Assembly: GCA_964402565.1 (NCBI GenBank)
Contig: CAYOCJ010000002.1
Span: 234,982 to 298,981, forward strand
From: an uncultured Gammaproteobacteria bacterium
GTDB lineage: Bacteria; Patescibacteriota; Patescibacteriia; UBA1558; 2-01-FULL-52-15
Direction: 5' to 3'
Length of the DNA stretch: 64,000 nucleotides
Each line of letters begins with the position of its first letter. Position 1 is the first letter of the stretch. This document shows positions 9,096-19,568 of this stretch, piece after piece. Made by a program: the position numbers and the translations under genes. A model generated the notes under the pieces. It did not search any database. It had not been told where the DNA came from and saw only the letters and a list, made by a program, of their open reading frames with translations.

Positions 9096-10019
9096 ATGCT
9101 CTATTTTTTAGGAATCTATTTGGCCGCATTGCTGCTCTTCGTTGCTTTGCTTATGTCTCTGGCAGAGTTGTTCTGGGTATTCGATAACTTCATAAATTTT
9201 ATACCTCAATTTTTGTTCCTCACTGTTCTCTGTATCATTGCATTGCTTGCCGAAGGGAGTTTCTGGCAGGCGCTCGCGATGTGCTGCGTTTTTGTATTCT
9301 TTGCTATGCCATTAGTGCGCGTGAGGTATCCGGGCCGCAGTGCATCAGTGGCGGGCGATCGCTCGCTTACCGTTTTGCAGGCAAATGTAAATCTTAAAAA
9401 TACGAAGTACGATCGGCTGATCAAGGTAATCCGCGAAGCAAAACCGACCATGATCATGATGAATGAGGTTACTGCAGCCTGGATCGATCGCGTCACCAAA
9501 GCTACCGCAGCAACCCACCTGTATCGGATCGTGCTGCCCAGCACAACATATCGCGGCATGGCTGTTTTTTCTCAATGGCCTATCGCTTCGCATGATGTCT
9601 TGGAACTGACCAAAAAAAATTCACCGCTCATTCGTGTCCATATGCAGGATGTGCCGCTGACGATCTATGTAGCGCATCCGCTGCCTCCCATGACGCCGGG
9701 CTGGTCATCGCACCGTGAAATATTTTTTAAACGATTAGCTGTAGAGGTCCGAAAATCCACAGACGACGTGTTGGTGGTTGGCGATCTTAATACTACATTC
9801 TTCAGCCCGTTGCTTCGAACATTTTTGAAAACCTCAGGTTTGAAGCTCGACAGACAAGGCTTTGGGGTGAAGACGACGTGGATGCGCGGCACGCCTCTGG
9901 CTTTGCCGCTGGACCATATTTTGTATCGAGGCAGCCTGACAATGACCGATCTCAAAGTAATGAGCTCTATTGGGTCTGATCATCGGCCTGTGCTCGCCAC
10001 TTTTAATTATGCGCGCTAA
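9096..10019 (+). CDS. Membrane-anchored endonuclease/exonuclease/phosphatase (EEP) family protein
   Basis: N-terminal TMs; QANV, MNEV, VVGDLN, LDHI, GSDHRPV. Confidence 0.92.
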   Translation: MLYFLGIYLAALLLFVALLMSLAELFWVFDNFINFIPQFLFLTVLCIIALLAEGSFWQALAMCCVFVFFAMPLVRVRYPGRSASVAGDRSLTVLQANVNLKNTKYDRLIKVIREAKPTMIMMNEVTAAWIDRVTKATAATHLYRIVLPSTTYRGMAVFSQWPIASHDVLELTKKNSPLIRVHMQDVPLTIYVAHPLPPMTPGWSSHREIFFKRLAVEVRKSTDDVLVVGDLNTTFFSPLLRTFLKTSGLKLDRQGFGVKTTWMRGTPLALPLDHILYRGSLTMTDLKVMSSIGSDHRPVLATFNYAR

Positions 10020-10028
10020 ACTATAGGT

Positions 10029-12569
10029 ATGGAGAAAAAATCACCACAAGAAACAGCAGACGGCGCTTTGCCAAAAGCGTATAGCGCTCAGGATCACGAA
10101 AATTCCATCTATGCAGCATGGATGGATTCTGGTTATTTCAACCCGGATGCATTACCGGGCAAGCGCTCTGCTATGTACAGTATTATGATGCCGCCTCCAA
10201 ATGTGACCGGTATTTTGCATATTGGCCATGCGCTTGAACAAACATTATTGGACGCGAAGATCCGGTTTGAACGCATGCGCGGCAAACGCGCACTGCTTAT
10301 TCCTGGCGTTGACCATGCTGCCGTTGCTACCCAGGCGCGCGTTGAGAAAGATTTGATTGAGAAAGGGCACAAACACCCCCGTGAGGAATTTGGCAGAGAA
10401 AAACTTCTCGAGATCATCCGAGACTACGCCGGACAGTCAAAAGAAACCATTGTTTCTCAGATAAAGAAAATGGGCACCAGTTGCGACTGGGACCGGTTTG
10501 CGTATACCTTTGATGAAACAAGATCCGCTGCTGTGTTTGAGATCTTCAAGTCAATGTATAACGATGGCCTCATCTATCGCGGCTTTCGAGTTGTGAATTG
10601 GTCTGTGCTCGGGCAGTCAACTGCATCAGATGATGAACTTGAGTATATCGAACGTGATGCCAAGCTGTATACGTTCAAGTACAGCAAAGATTTCCCGATT
10701 GCTATTGCTACGACGCGCCCTGAGACAAAGTTGGGCGATACTGCTGTCGCTGTTCATCCTGATGATAAGAGATATAAGCAATACATTGGTCAAACCTTTA
10801 CCGCAGACGTTGGTGCTACGAAGCCATTGCAGATCAAGATTATTGCTGACAAAAGTGTTGACCCGTCGTTCGGCACTGGCGCTCTTGGCGTCACACCGGC
10901 GCATAGCATGATCGATTTTGAAATGAAAGAGAAGCATGGCTTGGATCTGGTGCAAGTAATAGGCACTGACGGCAAAATGACCAAAGAAGCAGGAATATAT
11001 GCTGGTAAAACCATCGAACAGGCTCGGAAAGCATTTGTACAATGGCTCGCGAAAGAAAAGCTCCTGATCTCAGAAGAGGATATCAAGCAGAATGTTGCTA
11101 CGCATCAGCGATTCAACGATCTCATAGAAGTTGTGCCTATGCTGCAGTGGTTCGTGGCGGTCAATAAGTCAGTTAAAAAGTTCAAAGGTAAGACTTTGAA
11201 AGATCTCATGCGGGAATCCGGTGAAAAGATAACGATACGCCCTGAGCGGTATAAGAACGTGTACTATCAATGGATAGATTCATTGCATGATTGGTGCATT
11301 TCGCGGCAGATCTGGTGGGGGCATCGAATCCCGGTGTGGTACAAGGACGAAGAGCTGCGCGTAAGCCTTGAAAGTCCTGGCGCAGGCTGGACGCAAGACC
11401 CTGACACCTTGGATACATGGTTCTCATCAGGCACATGGACTTTTTCTACCCTTGGCTGGCCACAGCAAACCAAAGATTTAAACGCATTTCATCCAAGCTC
11501 ATGGATGCAGATGGGATATGAGATCGTTTTTTTCTGGATGGCGCGAATGATCTTGATGAGTTCGTATGCGCTGTCAGAGCTGCCGTTCAAAGAAGCCTAT
11601 ATTCATGGGTTGGTCCGCGGCAAAGACGGCCGTAAATTTTCTAAGTCTCTGAGAAATACCATAGATCCGCTGGATATGATCGCAAAATATGGAACCGATG
11701 CTCTCCGTATGAGCCTGGTGTCAGGCGTGACGCCGGGCAATGATGTGACCTTCTACGAAGAAAAAGTAGAGCAGTACCAGCATTTCGTAAATAAACTTTG
11801 GAATATTTCACGCTATGTATTTAGTTCTATCGAGACCGATGGAGCAGGGGAGAAAACGCCGAAGCCTTTGACGAAAACCGATGCATGGGTACTCAAAAAA
11901 CTTGAAACACTTATCACTGACATGACAAAGATGCTGGAGCAGTCCGACTTTTCTCTGGCAGCCGATGCATTGTATGATTTTACGTGGAGTGATTTTGCAG
12001 ATTGGTATATTGAAGTTTCAAAAGTAGAAGCGCGCCGTTCACCAGAAGCGAAAAAAGAGAAGGATATGATGTTACTTTATGTGCTACAGACTATCTTAAA
12101 GCTGGCGCATCCATTCATGCCATTTGTAACCGAAGTGCTTTGGAAGCAATTTCATTCTAAAACCTTACTCATGGTTTCCGATTGGCCTTCTGGCATGGGT
12201 TTAGCGTCAACCGATTCGTTACGTGTATTTTCTAACGTGCAGCAAGTAATAACTGCAATACGCGAAAGTAAATCCGTCAATAAGATACCTCCGGCGACCA
12301 TTGTGAAGGTATCCATGCCATTGCCGTACCCTGAATATCGGGATGTCATTGAGAAATTAGCGCGCTGCAGCATCACTGTTTCAAAGGACGATACGATCAT
12401 CGTTGAGTCAGTGAGCACATTGACTGATGCCAAGCGCACTGAGCTCAAAGCCTATATCGCTTCTCTTGAGAAGAAATTATCCAATACGGCTTTTACAAAA
12501 AACGCCCCGAAAGCAATCATCGAGGCAGAGAAAAAGAAACTGGCTGACGCGAAAGCAAAACTAGTCTAG
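10029..12569 (+). CDS. valS: Valine--tRNA ligase
   Basis: PPPNVTGILHIGHA, ATTRPET, DWCISRQIWWGHRIP, DTLDTWFSS, KFSKS, C-terminal coiled coil (KKLSN..F..NAP). Confidence 0.98.
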   Translation: MEKKSPQETADGALPKAYSAQDHENSIYAAWMDSGYFNPDALPGKRSAMYSIMMPPPNVTGILHIGHALEQTLLDAKIRFERMRGKRALLIPGVDHAAVATQARVEKDLIEKGHKHPREEFGREKLLEIIRDYAGQSKETIVSQIKKMGTSCDWDRFAYTFDETRSAAVFEIFKSMYNDGLIYRGFRVVNWSVLGQSTASDDELEYIERDAKLYTFKYSKDFPIAIATTRPETKLGDTAVAVHPDDKRYKQYIGQTFTADVGATKPLQIKIIADKSVDPSFGTGALGVTPAHSMIDFEMKEKHGLDLVQVIGTDGKMTKEAGIYAGKTIEQARKAFVQWLAKEKLLISEEDIKQNVATHQRFNDLIEVVPMLQWFVAVNKSVKKFKGKTLKDLMRESGEKITIRPERYKNVYYQWIDSLHDWCISRQIWWGHRIPVWYKDEELRVSLESPGAGWTQDPDTLDTWFSSGTWTFSTLGWPQQTKDLNAFHPSSWMQMGYEIVFFWMARMILMSSYALSELPFKEAYIHGLVRGKDGRKFSKSLRNTIDPLDMIAKYGTDALRMSLVSGVTPGNDVTFYEEKVEQYQHFVNKLWNISRYVFSSIETDGAGEKTPKPLTKTDAWVLKKLETLITDMTKMLEQSDFSLAADALYDFTWSDFADWYIEVSKVEARRSPEAKKEKDMMLLYVLQTILKLAHPFMPFVTEVLWKQFHSKTLLMVSDWPSGMGLASTDSLRVFSNVQQVITAIRESKSVNKIPPATIVKVSMPLPYPEYRDVIEKLARCSITVSKDDTIIVESVSTLTDAKRTELKAYIASLEKKLSNTAFTKNAPKAIIEAEKKKLADAKAKLV

Positions 12570-12589
12570 TTGCTATCATGAAAGTAGAA

Positions 12590-12619
12590 ACGCCGCACTC
12601 CAGTTCTGGAGTGCGGCGT
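12590..12619 (-). terminator. Intrinsic terminator between valS and the convergent ORFan
   Basis: ACGCCGCACTCCAG-TT-CTGGAGTGCGGCGT, 14-bp perfect stem. Confidence 0.75.
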
Positions 12620-12637
12620 CCATTGAAGTCAGGATCC

Positions 12638-13075
12638 TTAGACCCCGGCGATTTCGTTCAGGATAGCTCGAATCCCGCGAGACTGGACCATCAGACTGCG
12701 GGCGAAGTCATCGAGCTTCCGATGCACGATGCGCACCACTGCCGGCGGCAGATCCGCCGCGGTGAGATCATCTTCCCGATCAAGAGCAAAAGAGGTGTAA
12801 CTGATGCGCTTCTCCGACCGAAGCGTGATCGTGACACACGGCTTGCCGCCAAGCTGTTTTTTTGACCGGACGATCACCTTATAGCTTCGCTTGTCCTCAT
12901 GATGCAGGTCATAGCCCCAGCTCCTTTCGCCGCGATAGAGCATATCGATCTCTTTCAGCCGGCGGATGAGAGCTCCGCGCAGGATCATAGCGAAGCGCTT
13001 GATCTCGCCTTGCATGACGTGGATCTGGTCAGAGCCTTTGAGAACTTGATCCATACTTGCGATCTTCATTTCCAT
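12638..13075 (-). CDS. Hypothetical protein (standalone cassette)
   Basis: SD AAGGAG 6 nt before ATG 13075; upstream TTGACC-17-TATAAA promoter. Confidence 0.7.
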   Translation of the reverse strand: MEMKIASMDQVLKGSDQIHVMQGEIKRFAMILRGALIRRLKEIDMLYRGERSWGYDLHHEDKRSYKVIVRSKKQLGGKPCVTITLRSEKRISYTSFALDREDDLTAADLPPAVVRIVHRKLDDFARSLMVQSRGIRAILNEIAGV

Positions 13076-13266
13076 GTACAACTCCTTGATCGACGCTGTT
13101 GCGTCCGAAATGGGCCTGTCGGCCCGGTATCAGGGAAAAGTTTTTATACCCGTTTTTGCGCGTTAGGTCAACAGTTGCAGTGAAAAAATGTGAATTGAGC
13201 CGGCATGTAGAACAATTGCCCGCCATATAGTATACTAATAACGATCTATCATTAATGATATAGCAT

Positions 13267-14016
13267 ATGGCCTTTATAGGTTTTCTCGTCATTTTATTCA
13301 TGTTACTAGTCATATCGGGTTTGCGGGTCGTGAATCAGTACCAGAGAGCAGTCATCCTGACATTAGGTAAATACTCAGATACGAGAGGCCCGGGGCTCAC
13401 ATGGATCTTCGCAATGATGCAAACAATGTCGAAGGTGGATGTCCGCGTAGATACGGTAGATATCCCTCAGCAAGAAGTTATTACCAAGGATAACGTTACG
13501 GTCGGCATCAATGCGGTTGTGTATTTCAGAGTAGTGGTAGCTGAAAAAGCTATTTTGGAAATTCAGAATTTTCGCAATGCTGTCGCCATGTACGCTCAGG
13601 CGACGCTTCGCGATGTTATCGGAGGCGTCGAACTCGATACCTTGCTTTCAGAGCGCGATAAGATCGCAGAAGACATCAAGAAGATCGTGGATGTCGCGAC
13701 AGAACCATGGGGATTGGATGTTTCTGCGATTAAGATCCAGGATATTGAATTGCCTGCAGATATGAAACGAGTGATGGCAAAGCAAGCTGAAGCTGAGCGT
13801 GAACGCCGTGCAGTCATCATTCAGGCTGAAGGTGAATTTACCGCTGCAGAAAAACTGTCACAAGCGGCAAGCGTGCTGAGCTCGGTTGCCGGCGGTATGT
13901 CCATGCGCACGCTGCAAACGATAGAAAAAATAAACCCCGATCCTTCGAAGACCGTGATATTTGCTTTGCCTATAGAAGTGTTTGACACCTTGAAAGCTCT
14001 CGCTGGCAAAAAGTAA
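13267..14016 (+). CDS. SPFH/band 7 (slipin/stomatin) family protein
   Basis: YQRAVILTLGK, QEVITKDNV, AQATLRDVIG, QAEAERERRA. Confidence 0.95.
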   Translation: MAFIGFLVILFMLLVISGLRVVNQYQRAVILTLGKYSDTRGPGLTWIFAMMQTMSKVDVRVDTVDIPQQEVITKDNVTVGINAVVYFRVVVAEKAILEIQNFRNAVAMYAQATLRDVIGGVELDTLLSERDKIAEDIKKIVDVATEPWGLDVSAIKIQDIELPADMKRVMAKQAEAERERRAVIIQAEGEFTAAEKLSQAASVLSSVAGGMSMRTLQTIEKINPDPSKTVIFALPIEVFDTLKALAGKK

Positions 14017-14017
14017 G

Positions 14018-14827
14018 TTAACTTACTTCTCCAAGGAATTGCTGTGCAAGCGTGCCGGTGTCTTTGCTGTTCTGGTAGAAAGATTTCCAGACGATCACGA
14101 TATCGGCATCGTTAAAGACAGCGCGCTGCGCTTCGCGGACCGTATCACCGCCAGCGATAGAAATGAGTACGTCGTAATTTGATTTGATCCGCCGGATCTC
14201 GTAGAGCGGGATCTGTTTTTCTTTGTTGAAGCGCTCTTCATCCACGCCTCGATGCAGTATGACTACGGTGGGCTGGGAGCGCAATTGTCTGAGTATAGCC
14301 AATGGGTATTCGACATTCATCATGTCGATCATAGAGTCGATCTCCTGTTTTTTGCACTCTTCGACGAAGGCATTCAGCGATTCTATCGGAGAAACGCCAA
14401 GTGCAACAGCAGCATCAGCTCCAGCTTCTTTCGCTATTTGCACTTCAGTCTCGCCACGGTCCATCATTTTCAGGTCAGCGACCACATAGGGATAGGGAGT
14501 GGTTATCGCTGTTGCCTGATTGCTTTTCACTGCAGGGGCTTTTTTGGCCGGAGCCGTGTATACGCCCAGGAGCATCGAAATAATATCGGCACCTGATGCA
14601 TAGGAGTCTGATGTGGGCGTAGTAAGCCCGCCAGTAAGCTTACGAGCAAATGCGTTTTTGATGCTTCTAATGCCTTCAGCGCCATATTGCTTGATCAGCG
14701 GAGTGCCTGCTTCGACAATGATGCGGTCACTGACAGGTAATTGGCTGATGATCGAGTGCGCTTCGCTCAAGGTACTATTCAGAGCGATCTGCAAGTACTT
14801 CTTTTTTTTGCTCAAATAGGAGGGCAT
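14018..14827 (-). CDS. 3-hexulose-6-phosphate synthase-like (HUMPS/OMP-decarboxylase fold) protein
   Basis: LQIALN, IIVEAGTPLIK, VADLKMMD, LHRGVDEE, IAGG. Confidence 0.75.
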   Translation of the reverse strand: MPSYLSKKKKYLQIALNSTLSEAHSIISQLPVSDRIIVEAGTPLIKQYGAEGIRSIKNAFARKLTGGLTTPTSDSYASGADIISMLLGVYTAPAKKAPAVKSNQATAITTPYPYVVADLKMMDRGETEVQIAKEAGADAAVALGVSPIESLNAFVEECKKQEIDSMIDMMNVEYPLAILRQLRSQPTVVILHRGVDEERFNKEKQIPLYEIRRIKSNYDVLISIAGGDTVREAQRAVFNDADIVIVWKSFYQNSKDTGTLAQQFLGEVS

Positions 14828-14830
14828 ATC

Positions 14831-16567
14831 TTACTCGGCTTGTCTGAATATTTCTGATACTGACGTGATCCCTGCTAATGCTTTCAGCAGGCCGTCCTGT
14901 ACCATGGTGATCATGCCATGCGCCTGAGCTGTTTCCTGGATCGCGTACTCGGATACGGTACCGCTCAAAATAATTGTTTCAAGGTCCTTGTTCATGGTGA
15001 GGATTTCATAGATGCCGATACGCCCCCGATAGCCAAGGTCATTACATTGGTCGCATCCGCGTGCTGCGTAGAATTCGAAACGTTCAGGAAACTTCAGATC
15101 TACTGTCACCCCTAAGTCTTTTCGTTCGGTAAGCGGAGATAGCGCTTCACTGATCCGGGTCATTGTTGCTTCGTCAGGCTGCTCGACCTGTTTGCAATGC
15201 GTACAAAGCCTGCGTACCAGCCGCTGGCCGATAATTGCATTGATGGCGGGCGCCAGCAGGAAATTTTTTGAACCCATGGCGAGGAAGCGGGGGATAGCTC
15301 CGGCAGCGCTATTCGTGTGCAAGGTCGAAAGCATCAAGTGTCCGGTGAGCGCAGCATTGATCGCAGTGTCAGCAGTTTCGAGGTCGCGAATTTCACCGAC
15401 CATGATGATATCCGGATCTTGCCGCAGGAGCGAGCGCAGTCCTTTCGCAAAGTCCATACCGGCTGCAGTATTGATCTGTGTTTGATTGATCCCTTTGATC
15501 TTGTATTCAACGGGGTCTTCGAGCGTCAAAATTTTCGTTTCAGGGTCGTTCAACTTGTTTAAAATAGCATAGAGCGTAGTCGTTTTGCCTGAGCCAGTAG
15601 GCCCGGTCGCAATGATCATGCCGTTCGGTTTCGAGATTTCTTTTTGGAGCGTGGTAAGGGTTAATCCGCTTAGACCTAAGGTATCGAATTGCAATGCTTC
15701 CACAGAGAATTTGAGCAAACGCATGACCACGCTTTCGCCATAGGATGTAGGCACCGTTGATACGCGGACTTCTACTTTGTCATTGCTGAGATAAATGGTG
15801 AATCGACCGTCCTGTGGCTTATTCGCAATATTAAGTTTCAGGCCGGCCAGCAATTTGACCCGGGATATCACCTTTGGCCAGGCATCAGGCATGAGCAACC
15901 CGACATCATGCAAGACGCCGTCGATGCGCATACGGATCTTGATGTCTTCAGCTTCTGCTTCGATATGAATATCCGATGCTCCTGATTTCAGTGCAGCGCC
16001 AATGATAAGCACCAGTACTTCAGTAATAGGCGCTCGCTTGATAGCATCGCTCAGCTTTTTGATGGAGTTAACTTTGTCTTGCTGCGCTTTCAGCGTCTCC
16101 TCGGTGATGTCGATGCCTTCAGCGTGTCCCGCGACTGCTTTCGGGATGGCGTCATACTTTTTGAGCGCGAGAGCCAGGCTTTCATTCGATATCAGGTAGA
16201 TCGCACTTGTCGCTCGGTGAATTTCTTCAAGCTCGCGGGCCTTTTCAATGATTTTCGGATTGGCAGGGTCGAGCGTTCCCAGGCGTATCTGATCATTGTC
16301 TGCATAAAAACAAACGACGCTTTCCTGTTCACAGTATTGCCTGCCGAGAAGCAGCAAGGCGTCCTGCGGTATGGGGAAGGTTTGCAGGTTGATATACGAG
16401 TAACCCTTATCTTTTGCAGATTGTGCGACGATCGCTTCTTTTTGCTTTTCACGAATATCCGCAATGGTCGAAGCCAGCGCCTGGTTCTTGCCTTCGTTAA
16501 AATGAACATGCTTGCTCTCTTCCGAGGCTGGTTTTTTTGCAGTAGGGTCTAATCGCGAGCTAATCAT
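14831..16567 (-). CDS. pilB: GspE/PilB family pilus assembly ATPase
   Basis: ASDIHIE, RIDGVL, PQDGR, TGPTGSGKTTTLY, LRQDPDIIMVGEIRD, TGHLMLSTLHTN, CxxC...CxxC. Confidence 0.93.
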   Translation of the reverse strand: MISSRLDPTAKKPASEESKHVHFNEGKNQALASTIADIREKQKEAIVAQSAKDKGYSYINLQTFPIPQDALLLLGRQYCEQESVVCFYADNDQIRLGTLDPANPKIIEKARELEEIHRATSAIYLISNESLALALKKYDAIPKAVAGHAEGIDITEETLKAQQDKVNSIKKLSDAIKRAPITEVLVLIIGAALKSGASDIHIEAEAEDIKIRMRIDGVLHDVGLLMPDAWPKVISRVKLLAGLKLNIANKPQDGRFTIYLSNDKVEVRVSTVPTSYGESVVMRLLKFSVEALQFDTLGLSGLTLTTLQKEISKPNGMIIATGPTGSGKTTTLYAILNKLNDPETKILTLEDPVEYKIKGINQTQINTAAGMDFAKGLRSLLRQDPDIIMVGEIRDLETADTAINAALTGHLMLSTLHTNSAAGAIPRFLAMGSKNFLLAPAINAIIGQRLVRRLCTHCKQVEQPDEATMTRISEALSPLTERKDLGVTVDLKFPERFEFYAARGCDQCNDLGYRGRIGIYEILTMNKDLETIILSGTVSEYAIQETAQAHGMITMVQDGLLKALAGITSVSEIFRQAE

Positions 16568-16622
16568 AGATGACGGCCTTAGGACTTAAGGATGGTCTAG
16601 AAACTTATAGTAATACAATCGC

Positions 16623-17645
16623 TTAGAAAATGTGTCGATGCAAGAAAGGCATGTGGCGGGCGAGTCGGTGTATCTTACTATGGTGCTCGCCAGTGGTCAA
16701 TTTGCGGAATACGCCGACCCAGATGGACATTTGCAGCGTCGTAAACAAGCTCACGAACAGGGCGACAATAACGAACAGCAGCAGGATAATGGCAATGATG
16801 AATATCTGGAATGCCGCCGTTGATAATGCAATGAACGCGCCGAACATAGTTAAGAAGAATGCGAGCACCGGCAGCAGCACGAGCGACATGAGCAGAAAAG
16901 CAAGGAATAAGGTTGCCATGACCACGAGCGATGTCTCAAGGCTTATGACCCAGTTCGTTGCAAAGAGCAGCCAGGCATTCTTGAACGCCGCGCTGATGGT
17001 CATCCGGTAGATCATGACATACATGAGCGCATAGCGGACTACCAGGTCAAAAATCACGACGATCGGCACGACAATGAAATAGCCGATGAATGCATATAAA
17101 ATACTTCCTCCCGGCCCGCTGATCAAAGCCATATAGATGAGCGGCATCACGATCAGCGCCATGATCATCAGGTAAAGAAGCCGGTAGACAATATTAATGC
17201 CGAACAATTGCCAGAAGGCATCGAGTCCTTGGCGGAAGCTTACCAAATAAGTTGCCTTTTTATTCGTCTGCAGCTGATGGATCGCATAGATCAAGGCTCC
17301 TTCGGAGCTGGTGATCATGATCGCCAAAGTGATGACGATGAAGAGCAAGACAAAAAAGAAGATCAGCACGGGCATGTCCGCGAGTACGAGGTTGCCCCAG
17401 GGAATTTGTTCGAAGGACTGGCTCCAGCCGATGAAAATAGACGTGAGCAGGTCGGTCTGGCCGTAGATATTTGTAACGGCAAAGCTCATGGGCGTGTCGG
17501 TGAGGTCAAAGAGCACCTGGAATGTGCCGAATACGCCGACGAATGAGGTGAAAAGCGCAAGCGGCCAGAGGAAGAGATGCTTGCAACTGATGATCCAGCT
17601 ATCGGAGACTATATGCCGATAGAACGCATTCATTGATTTTGCCAT
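16623..17645 (-). CDS. Polytopic membrane protein, function unknown
   Basis: About six hydrophobic helices. Confidence 0.8.
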   Translation of the reverse strand: MAKSMNAFYRHIVSDSWIISCKHLFLWPLALFTSFVGVFGTFQVLFDLTDTPMSFAVTNIYGQTDLLTSIFIGWSQSFEQIPWGNLVLADMPVLIFFFVLLFIVITLAIMITSSEGALIYAIHQLQTNKKATYLVSFRQGLDAFWQLFGINIVYRLLYLMIMALIVMPLIYMALISGPGGSILYAFIGYFIVVPIVVIFDLVVRYALMYVMIYRMTISAAFKNAWLLFATNWVISLETSLVVMATLFLAFLLMSLVLLPVLAFFLTMFGAFIALSTAAFQIFIIAIILLLFVIVALFVSLFTTLQMSIWVGVFRKLTTGEHHSKIHRLARHMPFLHRHIF

Positions 17646-17725
17646 ATTTTGTTTTCTTTAAAGTAAATATACGCGGATATTTCCGCGTATATTATACTAT
17701 ATATCGCAATGCTTGTCTAAAAGTC

Positions 17726-19546
17726 TTATGCAGCCGCGAGTAATTGCTCGAACTCTTCTTTTTCAAGCGTTTCTTTCTGCAATAGAGTCTGCGCTATCTT
17801 CTCAAGTTTCTCTCGCTGTTCAGTGATGACTTTCTCAGCGGTCTTGAATGCATCTTTGATGAGGGAGAGGATGGTTGAATCGATTGCTTCAGCCGTTTTT
17901 TCACTGTAATCCCTTCTCTCATGGATCTCGCGGCCAAGGAAGATCATTTCTTCTTTCTCGCCATAGGTGCGGGGACCGAGCTCTTCGCTCATACCGAACT
18001 GAGTGATGAGCTGTCGGGCAAGCGAGGTTGCTTTCTTGAGGTCGCTGGAAGCACCGGTGGTCACTTCTCCGAAGATCTTCTTTTCGGTGACGTGGCCGGC
18101 CAGCAATACCGCAAGGTCATCGATGAATTCAGACTTTGCGTGGTATCGCTTATCTTCGCTCGGCAATTTCAGCGTATAGCCGCCAGCCCGTCCGCGGGAA
18201 ATGATGGAGATCTTGTGGACAGGGTCAGCGTTCGGGAGCATATGCGCGACCAATGCATGGCCTGCTTCATGATAGGCAGTGATCTTCTTTTCTTTTTCGG
18301 TCATGATCGAGCTTCGGCGCTCTGGCCCGAGTATTACTTTCTCGATCGCTTCGAGTAAATAGCTCTGGCCGATTATCTTTTTATTGTCGCGACCGGACAT
18401 GATAGCAGCTTCATTCAGCACATTCGCAAGATCAGCTCCAGAGAAACCTACCGTGCGCTGCGCAACAATCTTCATATTAATATCATCGGCGAATGGTTTT
18501 CCTTTTGCATGAATGGCAAGGATCGCTTCGCGCTCTTTGATATCAGGAAGGTCGATCGTAACCTGGCGGTCAAATCGCCCTGGTCGAAGCAGAGCCGGAT
18601 CGAGAATATCAGGCCTGTTGGTAGCTGCAACAACGATAATATTTGTCTGATTGTCGAAGCCATCCATCTCGACCAAGATCTGGTTGAGGGTTTGTTCACG
18701 TTCGTCATGGCTGCCGCCCAGGCCCGCACCGCGCTGGCGGCCGACCGCATCAAGCTCGTCAATGAAAATGATGCACGGCGACTGTTTCTTTGCTTTGCGG
18801 AAGAGATCGCGCACGCGAGAAGCGCCGACGCCTACGAACATTTCGACGAATTCAGATCCGCTGATATGGAAGAACGGTACCGCTGCTTCGCCGGCGATCG
18901 CACGCGCGAGCAAGGTCTTACCCGTTCCCGGAGGACCTACCAGTAAGACGCCTTTTGGAATTTTTGCGCCAAGCGACGTGAATTTTTGAGGTTTTCTTAA
19001 GAATTCGACGATTTCAGAGAGTTCAACTTTGGCTTCTTTCGAGCCGGCGACATCCTTGAAGCTTACCTTGTTCTTTGTCTGTGGCTGGAACTGCTTTGCA
19101 TTCGCCTGCCCGAACATCATGGCTTTCGAATTCGCTCCCTGGATCTGCCGCATCATGAGCCAGATGAAGAAACCGATGATGAGTATTGGCAATACGATAG
19201 GCAATAAGGTCCAGAGCCAGAAGCCAGTCGTGGTCTCGCTTTTGACGGTGATATTCAGTTTCGTAAGTTTGTCCTGTGTAACGCCGAAGTTCGACAGCAA
19301 GGTGCTTAAGGATTCCGTTGATTCCTTATAGGTCTTTTCTGTCGTATCGTCCTTCAGAGTGGCGGTGAGTTTATCGCCGTCGACTTCGATCTCTTTGATC
19401 TTTTCCTGATTGATCTGGTTGATCAACGTCGCAATATCAACGTTGGGCTCAGTTTTTTTATCCAGCGTGATGAGGCTCAATGCGCTTGCGAATAACAGCA
19501 TGATCAGGAGGAATGTCGCGACATTTTTGAACAGATTATTTTTCAT
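17726..19546 (-). CDS. ftsH: ATP-dependent zinc metalloprotease FtsH
   Basis: Two TMs, [36 protein letters not shown]. Confidence 0.99.
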   Translation of the reverse strand: MKNNLFKNVATFLLIMLLFASALSLITLDKKTEPNVDIATLINQINQEKIKEIEVDGDKLTATLKDDTTEKTYKESTESLSTLLSNFGVTQDKLTKLNITVKSETTTGFWLWTLLPIVLPILIIGFFIWLMMRQIQGANSKAMMFGQANAKQFQPQTKNKVSFKDVAGSKEAKVELSEIVEFLRKPQKFTSLGAKIPKGVLLVGPPGTGKTLLARAIAGEAAVPFFHISGSEFVEMFVGVGASRVRDLFRKAKKQSPCIIFIDELDAVGRQRGAGLGGSHDEREQTLNQILVEMDGFDNQTNIIVVAATNRPDILDPALLRPGRFDRQVTIDLPDIKEREAILAIHAKGKPFADDINMKIVAQRTVGFSGADLANVLNEAAIMSGRDNKKIIGQSYLLEAIEKVILGPERRSSIMTEKEKKITAYHEAGHALVAHMLPNADPVHKISIISRGRAGGYTLKLPSEDKRYHAKSEFIDDLAVLLAGHVTEKKIFGEVTTGASSDLKKATSLARQLITQFGMSEELGPRTYGEKEEMIFLGREIHERRDYSEKTAEAIDSTILSLIKDAFKTAEKVITEQREKLEKIAQTLLQKETLEKEEFEQLLAAA

Positions 19547-19568
19547 AGAAACTCTTGGTTACGAGGAG

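Noticed and set aside
11630-11650. ValRS KFSKS instead of KMSKS
   Set aside because: A tolerated variant seen in class I synthetases; all other motifs are intact.
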